Below are positions 49,219-57,976 of a stretch of DNA of 64,000 nucleotides, piece after piece. The DNA is from an uncultured delta proteobacterium (GTDB taxonomy: Bacteria > Desulfobacterota > Desulfobacteria > Desulfobacterales > B30-G6), in contig CAWGLD010000006.1 in NCBI GenBank assembly GCA_963823335.1, positions 64,001-128,000 of the forward strand, in the 5' to 3' direction. The stretch's first letter is position 1. Every line of letters begins with the position of its first letter. Made by a program: the position numbers and the translations under genes. Below the pieces are notes generated by a model. That model was given only the letters and a program-made list of their open reading frames with translations. It was not told where the DNA came from and ran no database searches.

Positions 49219-50781
49219 ATGTCCGACCAGACCACACATAAAAGTGAGCTGAAACGCCTAGCGGCTCTCACGGAAAGGGCTGAACTGGGGGGCGGTGTTA
49301 AAACTATCGATAAACGTCATGCCCAGGGAAAGCTTACTGCCAGAGAACGCCTGACTCTTTTATTCGACCCTCATTCATTCGTGGAAATGAATCAACTTGC
49401 CGAGAGCCAGGCCGTTGATTTCGGCATGCAGGAAAAAAAGGTTCCCGGCGACGGTGTCGTCATCGGCTATGGTAACATTGATGAGCGGCTCGTTTTTGCC
49501 TATGCCCAGGATGCCACGGTGCTGGGAGGATCGGTTGGAACCGTTCACGGCCAGAAAATATGCCGTATCATGGATGAAGCTTTGAAGGTCAAGGCACCCA
49601 TCGTGGGGCTTTTCGATTCCGGAGGCGGCAGAATCCATGAGGGCTTTTTCGCATCCAAGGGTGTGGCCGGTATGTTTTACCGCAATACAGCGGCATCAGG
49701 TGTCATCCCCCAGATCTCTGCCATGATGGGACCCTGTGCCGGCGTATCGGTCTACTCCCCTGCCCTGACAGACTTCATTATCATGGTGGAGGGTACCAGC
49801 CAGATGGCCATTACCGGTCCGGGAGTGATAAAATCCGTTACCGGTGAGGATGTGACCCTGGAAGAGCTGGGTGGCGCAAAGGTGCACAGCGAAATAACCG
49901 GCCAGGCTCATCTTGTTGTCAATACCGACCAAGACTGCATTCAGTCAATTCGCAATCTCCTGGCCTATCTCCCCTCAAACAATGAAGCATCTCCACCCCT
50001 TGTAGAATCGAATGAAGACCCCTTTCGCTCGGATCCATCTTTGGAAGATATTGTTCCTGCAGATTTCAGAAAGGCATACGATATGCGAAAGGTCATTACA
50101 CGCGTGGTGGACCAGGAGACCTTCCACGAACTGCTTCCCAGATATGCAAAAAGCATCATCATCGGATTTGCGCGAATGGATGGGCAGACCATCGGCATTG
50201 TCGCTAACCAGCCTATTTATCTTGCAGGATGTCTGGATGTCAACAGCTCGGACAAGGCCGCCAGATTCATTCGATTCTGTGATGCCTTCAATATCCCCTT
50301 GATCAACCTTGTGGATGTGCCCGGATATTTTCCAGGTGTCAAACAGGAGTACGCCGGTATCATCCGGCATGGCGCCAAAATGCTGTATGCCTATGCCGAG
50401 GCAACCGTTCCCAAAATCACCCTGGCCTTGAGAAAGGAATACGGAGGCGCCGTCATGGCCATGTGCTGCGTAGGAATGGGTGTGGACCAGATGCTGGCCT
50501 GGCCGATTGCCAAACTGGTTGTCCTGGACACCACTACGGCCGTGAACCTGATCTTTCGAAAAGAAATCCAATCTGCCGAGGATCCTGACGAATTCAGACA
50601 GCGCATGATCAAGGCCTATGACCAGAAGTATTCAAATCCTTTTCATGCGGCTTCCAACATGCTCGTGGATGCGATCATCGAACCAAGCCAGACACGACCT
50701 GAGCTAATCAAAGCCCTGCGAATGCTTAAAACAAAAAAACGTCCCGGACCTTTCAGACGACATGGGAATATACCACTATGA
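49219..50781 (+). CDS. Acyl-CoA carboxyltransferase/decarboxylase (PccB/MmdA family)
   Basis: GKLTARER, DSGGGRI, YSPALTDF, DVPGYFPG. Confidence 0.92.
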   Translation: MSDQTTHKSELKRLAALTERAELGGGVKTIDKRHAQGKLTARERLTLLFDPHSFVEMNQLAESQAVDFGMQEKKVPGDGVVIGYGNIDERLVFAYAQDATVLGGSVGTVHGQKICRIMDEALKVKAPIVGLFDSGGGRIHEGFFASKGVAGMFYRNTAASGVIPQISAMMGPCAGVSVYSPALTDFIIMVEGTSQMAITGPGVIKSVTGEDVTLEELGGAKVHSEITGQAHLVVNTDQDCIQSIRNLLAYLPSNNEASPPLVESNEDPFRSDPSLEDIVPADFRKAYDMRKVITRVVDQETFHELLPRYAKSIIIGFARMDGQTIGIVANQPIYLAGCLDVNSSDKAARFIRFCDAFNIPLINLVDVPGYFPGVKQEYAGIIRHGAKMLYAYAEATVPKITLALRKEYGGAVMAMCCVGMGVDQMLAWPIAKLVVLDTTTAVNLIFRKEIQSAEDPDEFRQRMIKAYDQKYSNPFHAASNMLVDAIIEPSQTRPELIKALRMLKTKKRPGPFRRHGNIPL

Positions 50782-50815
50782 TATTGATCGGCTCCTTTGG
50801 GGCAAATCAATATTA

Positions 50816-50897
50816 AAGGTTCAAGGGGCCAAGGATTCGAGGGTTCGAGGGTGGCTGAGGGCGATCAGCTGACAGCAGCATCCTCGCCTCCCAGCAT
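50816..50897 (+). repeat. Composite octamer-array element, copy D
   Basis: Core GGCTGAGGGCGATCAGCTGACAGCAGC flanked by octamer runs. Confidence 0.7.
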
Positions 50898-50967
50898 ACA
50901 AGGGATCAAGATACTGATTTTACTCGTATGTCTATGAAAAAAAACCAATCGAAACAGGGAGAATATC

Positions 50968-52116
50968 ATGGACTTTACCCTCTCCAAGGAACATAAGGAT
51001 ATCCAGAAAGCAGCCAGAGAATTTGCCGTGGGTGAATTTACCCATGTGGCACGTGAATTCGATTTGAATGAAACCTTTCCGCAAAAGATCCTGGACAAAG
51101 CCCGTAAGCTGGATCTTATCGGTCTGTTCATCCCGGAGGCATACGGCGGACCGGGTCTGGGTTTCCTGGAGCATGCATTGGTGCTGGAAGAATTCTGGAA
51201 AATTGATCCTGGTATCGGTCAGCAGCTCTGTTCAGTTTCGTTTGGTGCCGAAGAGCTGCTCCTGTTTGGTACAGAAGAACAGAAAAAAACATTTCTCAAT
51301 CCGATTTTCAGCGGCAAGGCCATTATGGGATTTGCCATTACCGAACCGGATGCCGGGAGCGACACGGCCGCTGTTGCAACAACCGCTGTAAGAGACGGTG
51401 ACGACTATATTATCAACGGCAGCAAGATCATGATCGGTAATGGCACGGTGGGAACATTTATGCTGGTATTTTGTCTGACCAATCCGGATGAGAAATCAAA
51501 GACAGCCCGGCACAGCGTTATCATTGTCGAAACCGATCGACAGGGGTATAAAGCCGATAAAATGGACGGCAAGATGGGACTCAGATGTTCTGACACAGCC
51601 GCTGTCTACTTCAACAATGTGCGGGTACCCAAAGAAAATCTGCTGGGTAGGGAAGGCCATGGCTTTATCCAACTGATGCATTTCTTCGATCGCTCCAGAG
51701 CCTACGTGGCCGCCCACGGCCTTGGCTTGGCACAGGGCGCCTTGGATCAGGCCGTCAAACACGTCAGAGGCAGAAAACAGTTCGGGCGCCCTTTGGGTGC
51801 TTTCCAGGCGACCCAGTTCAAGATTGCCGAAATGGCAACCAAGATCGAAGCCGCCAGGAACATGGTCTACAAATCCGCCTGGCTTCTGGACAACGGCATG
51901 GCTGATACCAAACTCACCGCCATGGCCAAACTGTATGCCTGTCATGTGGCTGTGACGGTTGTTGACGAAGCTCTTCAATTGCACGGCGGATACGGGTATT
52001 TCAACGATTATGACATCGAACGATTCTACCGGGCCGCCAAGGTACTCGAAATATATGAAGGCACCAAAGAGGTTGAAAAGATAATTATTTCTCGGGAAAT
52101 TTTGGGGAAATTATAG
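50968..52116 (+). CDS. Acyl-CoA dehydrogenase
   Basis: FAITEPDAGSD, RKQFG, QLHGGYG, IYEGT. Confidence 0.95.
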   Translation: MDFTLSKEHKDIQKAAREFAVGEFTHVAREFDLNETFPQKILDKARKLDLIGLFIPEAYGGPGLGFLEHALVLEEFWKIDPGIGQQLCSVSFGAEELLLFGTEEQKKTFLNPIFSGKAIMGFAITEPDAGSDTAAVATTAVRDGDDYIINGSKIMIGNGTVGTFMLVFCLTNPDEKSKTARHSVIIVETDRQGYKADKMDGKMGLRCSDTAAVYFNNVRVPKENLLGREGHGFIQLMHFFDRSRAYVAAHGLGLAQGALDQAVKHVRGRKQFGRPLGAFQATQFKIAEMATKIEAARNMVYKSAWLLDNGMADTKLTAMAKLYACHVAVTVVDEALQLHGGYGYFNDYDIERFYRAAKVLEIYEGTKEVEKIIISREILGKL

Positions 52117-52599
52117 ATCTCCGTAGCTTATGGCGGGGCACGCGTCAATTGAAGGACCTCGCAGCAAGCTGCGAAGATGGATGATTCTATTGTTTATCAC
52201 TTCGTTTTTATCCTGAGTTACAGATAAATTTCTTTAGGGTCGACGGTGTCACGAAAATTGCTCTCAAAAAACATCATTTTCTGATGTTTTTTTTTGATTA
52301 AATCGTCAATTATGGAATTGAAATATATCATAGGTTATATTCATTATTAATATAGTACAGCATGTTAGGTTGTCATATACATATGACTACCTGCTAATAT
52401 TGAAAATAGAGTTATGACGCTAACCAGGGCACGTTAACTATAAGCCTGCAAATGTTACTTTCATCAAACACTGGCAAGAACAAGCAAGATAAGACTTGCC
52501 ATCTTACAGATATAAACGTAAACGGGGGTAAAAAAATTGTCTGTTTACCGAAAATATTGATGCGCCACGGCGAAACTTCAGGTTCAAGGATTTATAAGG

Positions 52600-53556
52600 A
52601 TGATAAAGAAATACTGGTTTTTTATAGGTATCGCCTGTGTGATCGGCATCGCCTTTATGCTGCCCCACGTGGGGAGCTTTGTACGGACCTACAAAATTCT
52701 AAACATCGGCATTTTTATAGCCTTCCTGCTGACAGGCCTGTCTTTGGAGACGTCCAGTTTTTTTGAGCAGCTGAAAAATATCAAGGTCCTGCTGGCAGCC
52801 CTTATTTCGTCACTGATCTTTTTTCCGGTGGCGGCCTACTACTTGGGGCAGTACGTCTTCAGCGGCTGGCCGGATTTTGCCCTTGGGACACTGATCATCG
52901 GTGTCGCACCGGTGACGGTTGCCTCTGGAACGGTGATGACGGCCATCGCCCTGGGAAATGTTCCGCTGAGTCTGTTTATCTGTGTTCTGGGGAACTTCTT
53001 TTCCATTGTAACCATTCCCATCATGGTCAACTTGCTGTTGCACATGGGGGATGTGTCCATAGAACTTCCGGCTTTACAAATGCTGATGGGATTGACACTC
53101 AAAGTGCTGGTGCCAATAGTGATCGGCCAGCTTTTAAGGCCACGGTTGAAATCGAAGATACTACCGTTTTCCAAAGCTATTTCAATTTTTAACCAGAGCA
53201 TCGTACTCATGATCATTCTCAATGCAGTGTCGAGTTCGAGCCACCGGATTCTCGAGGCAGGGCCGGCCCTGTTTCTGGTTTTTCTTTTTATGATCGGGCT
53301 GCATATTTTTATTGTCCTTGTCAACAAAACAACTGCTGGGCTTATCGGGCTGGATTTGCCTTCTACCGCAGCCTTCACCATTCACACCTCTCAAAAAACC
53401 TTGACCATTTCATATCTGGTTTGGGCCGGTTATTTTGCCGATGCATACCCAATGGCCCTCATTCCAGGCATCGCCTATCATCTTACCCAGATGATTATGG
53501 ACACTTTTGTGGCGCAATGGTTCAGGAACCGTGTGGAAACATCGGCCGTTGGTTAG
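52600..53556 (+). CDS. Bile acid:sodium symporter (SBF-like) family transporter
   Basis: Multi-TM, PVTVASG, SQKTL motif. Confidence 0.85.
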   Translation: MIKKYWFFIGIACVIGIAFMLPHVGSFVRTYKILNIGIFIAFLLTGLSLETSSFFEQLKNIKVLLAALISSLIFFPVAAYYLGQYVFSGWPDFALGTLIIGVAPVTVASGTVMTAIALGNVPLSLFICVLGNFFSIVTIPIMVNLLLHMGDVSIELPALQMLMGLTLKVLVPIVIGQLLRPRLKSKILPFSKAISIFNQSIVLMIILNAVSSSSHRILEAGPALFLVFLFMIGLHIFIVLVNKTTAGLIGLDLPSTAAFTIHTSQKTLTISYLVWAGYFADAYPMALIPGIAYHLTQMIMDTFVAQWFRNRVETSAVG

Positions 53557-53595
53557 ATTTATTCCGGGATCAAGCTTGAATGCCAGGGTGGGTTA

Positions 53596-54591
53596 TTGTC
53601 ACGGATCAGACTATACATGGCCCCTATGAAGGGTCTTACCGATCATCTGTTCAGGAGCGCATTCGCCGATCACTTTGGCGGGTTCGACCTGGCGGTGGCG
53701 CCTTTCATCTCCACCAAACAAGGCCGCCGCATCAAGAGAAATTACGTCAAAGACGTTCTTCCGGAAAACAATACCCGCCTTCGAGTTGTCCCACAGATTC
53801 TAAGTAAAACCGCCGGGGATTTTATCGTTCTGGCCAACTACCTCTTTGATCTTGGGTATGACACCATCAACTGGAACCTGGGCTGCCCCTATCCCATGGT
53901 GGCCAACAAGCAACGTGGCTCCGGCATGTTGCCGTACACGGATCGGATTCAGATTTTTCTTGAAAAGGTCATTCCCGAACTTCGTGGTTCACTTTCCATT
54001 AAGCTGCGGCTGGGGTGGAAAGATACCACCGATATCTTCAGGCTGCTGCCGATAATTGACCAGTACCCGTTATCTGAGATCATGATCCATCCCCGGACCG
54101 GTCTTCAGCGTTACGAAGGCTCTGTCGACCTGGACACCTTTGCAGATTGTCTGGCCATGACCCATCACCCGGTGGTTTACAACGGGGATATTCGAACAGT
54201 GGACATTTTCAGGCGTCTTTACCAGCGCTTCGAAAGCGTGCATGCATGGATGATCGGACGCTGGTGTATAGCCGATCCGTTTCTTGCGGGTCACATCACT
54301 TCGGGTGTCGATGATATTCCGGATAAGATCTATCGAATGCAACAGTTTCACAAGGCCCTGTTTGAGGACTACAGCCACGTCCTGGATGGCCCTTCCCACG
54401 TGATGAATAAGATGAAAGGATTATGGCGCTATTTTTCACTCCCCTTCGAAAACTGCAAAAAGACTATGAAAAATATCACAAAGGCGCGCCGGCCGGATCA
54501 GTACCTGGAGCGGGTTAATGATTTCTTCGAGACGGAAGCACAATTGAGGCAATCGCCATACCATAGCCACGACGGTAGAGAGATAAAATAG
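53596..54591 (+). CDS. tRNA-dihydrouridine synthase family protein
   Basis: APMKGLT, NLGCP, SIKLRLG, HPRT, YNGDI, MIGR. Confidence 0.9.
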   Translation: MSRIRLYMAPMKGLTDHLFRSAFADHFGGFDLAVAPFISTKQGRRIKRNYVKDVLPENNTRLRVVPQILSKTAGDFIVLANYLFDLGYDTINWNLGCPYPMVANKQRGSGMLPYTDRIQIFLEKVIPELRGSLSIKLRLGWKDTTDIFRLLPIIDQYPLSEIMIHPRTGLQRYEGSVDLDTFADCLAMTHHPVVYNGDIRTVDIFRRLYQRFESVHAWMIGRWCIADPFLAGHITSGVDDIPDKIYRMQQFHKALFEDYSHVLDGPSHVMNKMKGLWRYFSLPFENCKKTMKNITKARRPDQYLERVNDFFETEAQLRQSPYHSHDGREIK

Positions 54592-54598
54592 TGTCCGT

Positions 54599-56179
54599 CT
54601 AGAGTTCGACCAGCTTGATATTCTCCACCAGTGGTAAAGCCTCTATTTCTTTCTGGACCTTCTCTGGAATCGGCGTGTCTGTGGCCAGAAAAATAATATT
54701 GGTGCTTCCTTCAGCGCTTTCTCCCACATTCATGCGACTGATATTGATCCCCCTTTCTCCAAGCAACAGTGTTATGCTGCCGAATGCACCAGGTTTATTT
54801 TTATTGCGGATATATGCGAAATGGCCTTTGGGTTCCATGGTGAGATGGAAGTCGTCGATTTTGACAATGGCGGCTCGTTTCTTGCCGAATATCGTACCCG
54901 ATATATCACAGGTGCCGTCGGTGGTCAGCACCCGAACCGTTATCAGATTGATATACTCATCCGGGTCAGATGTCGTGGTTTCAGAGATCTTGATGCCTCT
55001 TTCCTGTGCAAGTACATTCGCGTTCACGTAATTGACGTCATCTTTGACCATGGGGGTCAGCAGACCCTTCAAAACACTGGTGGTAATCGGCGTAAGCGTC
55101 ATCCCCTGAAAATCACCGGCGTATTCTACTCCCACCTCTTTTACAGCACCTTTGCACAATTGTGGCACCAGACATCCCATACGGTCACCAAGATTCAGAT
55201 AGGGTCCTATCTTGTTTAAAAGCTCACCTGCAACCGATGGCGCATTGACGGCATTTGTAATTGTTCCTGTTTTCAGATAATCAATAATCTGTCTGGCCAC
55301 CGCCACCGCTACATTGGTCTGAGCCTCCTTTGTTGAAGCACCCAGATGAGGGGTACATATAACATTTTCGTTTTCAACCAGCGTACAAGTTCCTGGAGGT
55401 TCGGTTTCAAAGACATCCAGTGCTGCTCCGCCAACTTTTCCCGAAGCAATGGCATCATTGAGAGCCTTTTCATTGACAATTCCACCCCTGGCACAGTTGA
55501 TAATCATGACCCCGTCTTTCATTTGCTCAAAGGCTTTTTTGTCTAGTAAGCCTGTGGTCTCTTTAATTTTTGGGACATGGATGGTGATGTAGTCGGCTCT
55601 TCGATAGAGCTCCTCCAGCGAGACGCTTTCAAAACCGTCTTTCCGAATCTGCTCCGGTGATACAAAGGGATCATATACGATGACCTGCATTTTAAGTCCC
55701 TGTGCCCTGTCTGCGACAATGGAACCGATTTTTCCATATCCCACCACCCCCAGGACCTTGTTAAAAACCTCCCTGCCCTGCAGTAGCTTTTTATCCCATT
55801 TTCCCGCCTTTAAAGAACTGGTTCCTCTGGGAATATTTCTTGTCAGGGCCATCATCATTGAAATGGCGTGCTCTGCCGTTGTGATCACGTTTCCGGTGGG
55901 TGTGTTCATGACAATGATGCCATGTTTCGTGGCGGCGGGAATATCCACATTGTCCAAACCGATACCTGCTCTGCCAACAACTTTGAGTTTCTTGGCCGCG
56001 AGCATTAAATCCGCAGTAACCCTGGTGGCACTTCGAATAACAAGGGCATGGTATTCACCGATGATTTTTCGGAGCTCTTCCGGCGACAAACCCGTCTTCA
56101 CATCTACCGTTATACCTTCTTCTTCCTGGAACATACTGATCCCGATATCACCCAACTGATCACTCACCAGAACTTTCAT
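54599..56179 (-). CDS. serA: D-3-phosphoglycerate dehydrogenase (with ASB/ACT domains)
   Basis: GRAGIGLDN, TTAEH, GYGKIG, NCARG, TPHLGAST. Confidence 0.95.
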   Translation of the reverse strand: MKVLVSDQLGDIGISMFQEEEGITVDVKTGLSPEELRKIIGEYHALVIRSATRVTADLMLAAKKLKVVGRAGIGLDNVDIPAATKHGIIVMNTPTGNVITTAEHAISMMMALTRNIPRGTSSLKAGKWDKKLLQGREVFNKVLGVVGYGKIGSIVADRAQGLKMQVIVYDPFVSPEQIRKDGFESVSLEELYRRADYITIHVPKIKETTGLLDKKAFEQMKDGVMIINCARGGIVNEKALNDAIASGKVGGAALDVFETEPPGTCTLVENENVICTPHLGASTKEAQTNVAVAVARQIIDYLKTGTITNAVNAPSVAGELLNKIGPYLNLGDRMGCLVPQLCKGAVKEVGVEYAGDFQGMTLTPITTSVLKGLLTPMVKDDVNYVNANVLAQERGIKISETTTSDPDEYINLITVRVLTTDGTCDISGTIFGKKRAAIVKIDDFHLTMEPKGHFAYIRNKNKPGAFGSITLLLGERGINISRMNVGESAEGSTNIIFLATDTPIPEKVQKEIEALPLVENIKLVEL

Positions 56180-56272
56180 TTTTATTCCTCCGTTTTTCAG
56201 TGTCTCCGCGATTTGGGTAGTCTTCTATCTTAATTTGTATTGCTTGTAAAGCACCCAAACCTGCTTGCTGCG

Positions 56273-56321
56273 AAAAAGAAAACGCTCCCCGTATGCTATA
56301 TACGATGAGCGTTTTCTTTTT
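56273..56321. terminator. Hairpin with A/T tails between trpB2 and serA
   Basis: AAAAAGAAAACGCTC...GAGCGTTTTCTTTTT. Confidence 0.65.
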
Positions 56322-56337
56322 GTTACAGCAATTTAAG

Positions 56338-56396
56338 AACCTCGCAGCATGCGAAGCATCACCGAACGGCAGAACCTGCGAGGAATGTGATCGCTG
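56338..56396 (+). repeat. REP-like palindromic repeat, long form
   Basis: AACCTCGCAGCATGCG...AACCTGCGAGGAAT; matches 4804-4851. Confidence 0.7.
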
Positions 56397-56413
56397 TTGT
56401 TCTTCAACCCCTG

Positions 56414-57787
56414 TTAGCGGCTTTTCAAGAGCTCTGGTTTTGGGTGTCCAGTCAGCACTTTTTGAGATTCTGCGATGGCCTCTTCGTCGAGAACAATATC
56501 TTCTAATTGACCGGATAGATACTTTTCATATGCGCCAAGATCGATCAAGCCATGGCCACTCCAGTTAAACAGAATCACCTTTTCTTTGCCCTCTTCCTTG
56601 GCCTTCCTGGCTTCATCCACCACGCATGCCAAGGCATGGTTGGTTTCGGGTGCCGGGATCACGCCTTCCGTACGTGCCAGGAGAATTCCGGCCTTATAGG
56701 TGGCAAGCTGGCCCACAGCTTTGGCTTCCATGATGCCCTCAGATACCAACTGACTGACAGTTGGCGCCATACCGTGATACCTCAACCCGCCTGCATGAAG
56801 TGGTGGGGGAACAAAGGTATGTCCCAGACTGTGCATGGGAAGCAGGGGGGTCATTTTAGCATAATCGCCATGATCATAGGCAAAGGGGGCCCTGGTCAAG
56901 GTGGGACATGCTTCGGGTTCCACCGGGTATATGGCAACGTCTTTGCCGTTGATCTTGTCATGGGCGAATGGAAATGCAAGACCGGCGAAATTGCTCCCGC
57001 CACCTGCGCATCCTATAACAATATCCGGATATTCGTTGACTTTTTCCAATTGTTTCTTGGCCTCGAGCCCGATGATGGTCTGGTGAAGCATCACATGGTT
57101 CAATACGCTTCCTAAAGAATACCGTGTCTCACCGGTTTGATCCGTGACGGCCGCCTCGACAGCTTCACTGATGGCGATTCCAAGACTGCCCGGCGTGTCC
57201 GGGTTCATCTCCAGAACACCTCTTCCGGCTTGCGTTTCCGTGCTGGGACTGGCAATACATTGGGCGCCCCAGGTGGACATCATTGCTTTGCGATACGGTT
57301 TTTGGTCGAAACTGATCCGCACCATGAAAACCTTGCACTCGAGTCCGAACTGGGAACAGGCGAAAGCCAGGGCACTTCCCCACTGACCGGCGCCGGTTTC
57401 GGTGGTCAAGCGCTTGATACCGAACTCTTTATTGTAATAGGCCTGTGCGACTGCCGTATTTGGTTTATGACTGCCCGGAGGACTGACGCCTTCATATTTG
57501 TAGTAGATGCGTGCCGGTGTATCGAGGGCTTTTTCCAATTCATAGGCTCGAATCAAGGGGGATGGACGCCAGATTCTCAGGACTCTCAAAACTTCTTCAG
57601 GAATATCGATCCAGCGTTCCGTGCTGACCTCCTGTTCAATGAGGTTCATTGGGAAAACCGGTGCCAGCATATCCGGCGTTATGGGACCATCTGGTCCCAA
57701 AGGAGGGTTCATTTTGATATCCGCAAGGATATTGTACCACTGCCGCGGCATCTCATCTTCTGATAACAGTATTTTTTTAGTTTCCAT
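56414..57787 (-). CDS. trpB2: TrpB2-type stand-alone tryptophan synthase beta
   Basis: [15 protein letters not shown]-Lys, [31 protein letters not shown]; no trpA nearby. Confidence 0.93.
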   Translation of the reverse strand: METKKILLSEDEMPRQWYNILADIKMNPPLGPDGPITPDMLAPVFPMNLIEQEVSTERWIDIPEEVLRVLRIWRPSPLIRAYELEKALDTPARIYYKYEGVSPPGSHKPNTAVAQAYYNKEFGIKRLTTETGAGQWGSALAFACSQFGLECKVFMVRISFDQKPYRKAMMSTWGAQCIASPSTETQAGRGVLEMNPDTPGSLGIAISEAVEAAVTDQTGETRYSLGSVLNHVMLHQTIIGLEAKKQLEKVNEYPDIVIGCAGGGSNFAGLAFPFAHDKINGKDVAIYPVEPEACPTLTRAPFAYDHGDYAKMTPLLPMHSLGHTFVPPPLHAGGLRYHGMAPTVSQLVSEGIMEAKAVGQLATYKAGILLARTEGVIPAPETNHALACVVDEARKAKEEGKEKVILFNWSGHGLIDLGAYEKYLSGQLEDIVLDEEAIAESQKVLTGHPKPELLKSR

Positions 57788-57896
57788 TGTCTCCTCCTTC
57801 CTGATAGGTATTTAAATGGTTTGATGGATTGCGCTACAGGGTAAGATTTGGTGTAACACGCTGAAAAAGATTCATTTTTTAACTTGACTTCAAACA

Positions 57897-57911
57897 TGTA
57901 TACAGTATACA
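57897..57911. promoter_or_regulatory. GntR-type operator palindrome, second copy
   Basis: TGTATAC-A-GTATACA flanked by inverted CTTGACT/AGTCAAG (divergent -35-like hexamers). Confidence 0.75.
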
Positions 57912-57976
57912 GATTTTAGTCAAGAGAATAATGATACGTATCCAATTTTTTAACATAAATAAAGAAGGAAATCTCC

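Noticed and set aside
52600-53556. Na+-translocating decarboxylase beta subunit for the adjacent carboxyltransferase
   Set aside because: The motifs are those of the bile acid:sodium symporter family, not OadB/GcdB.
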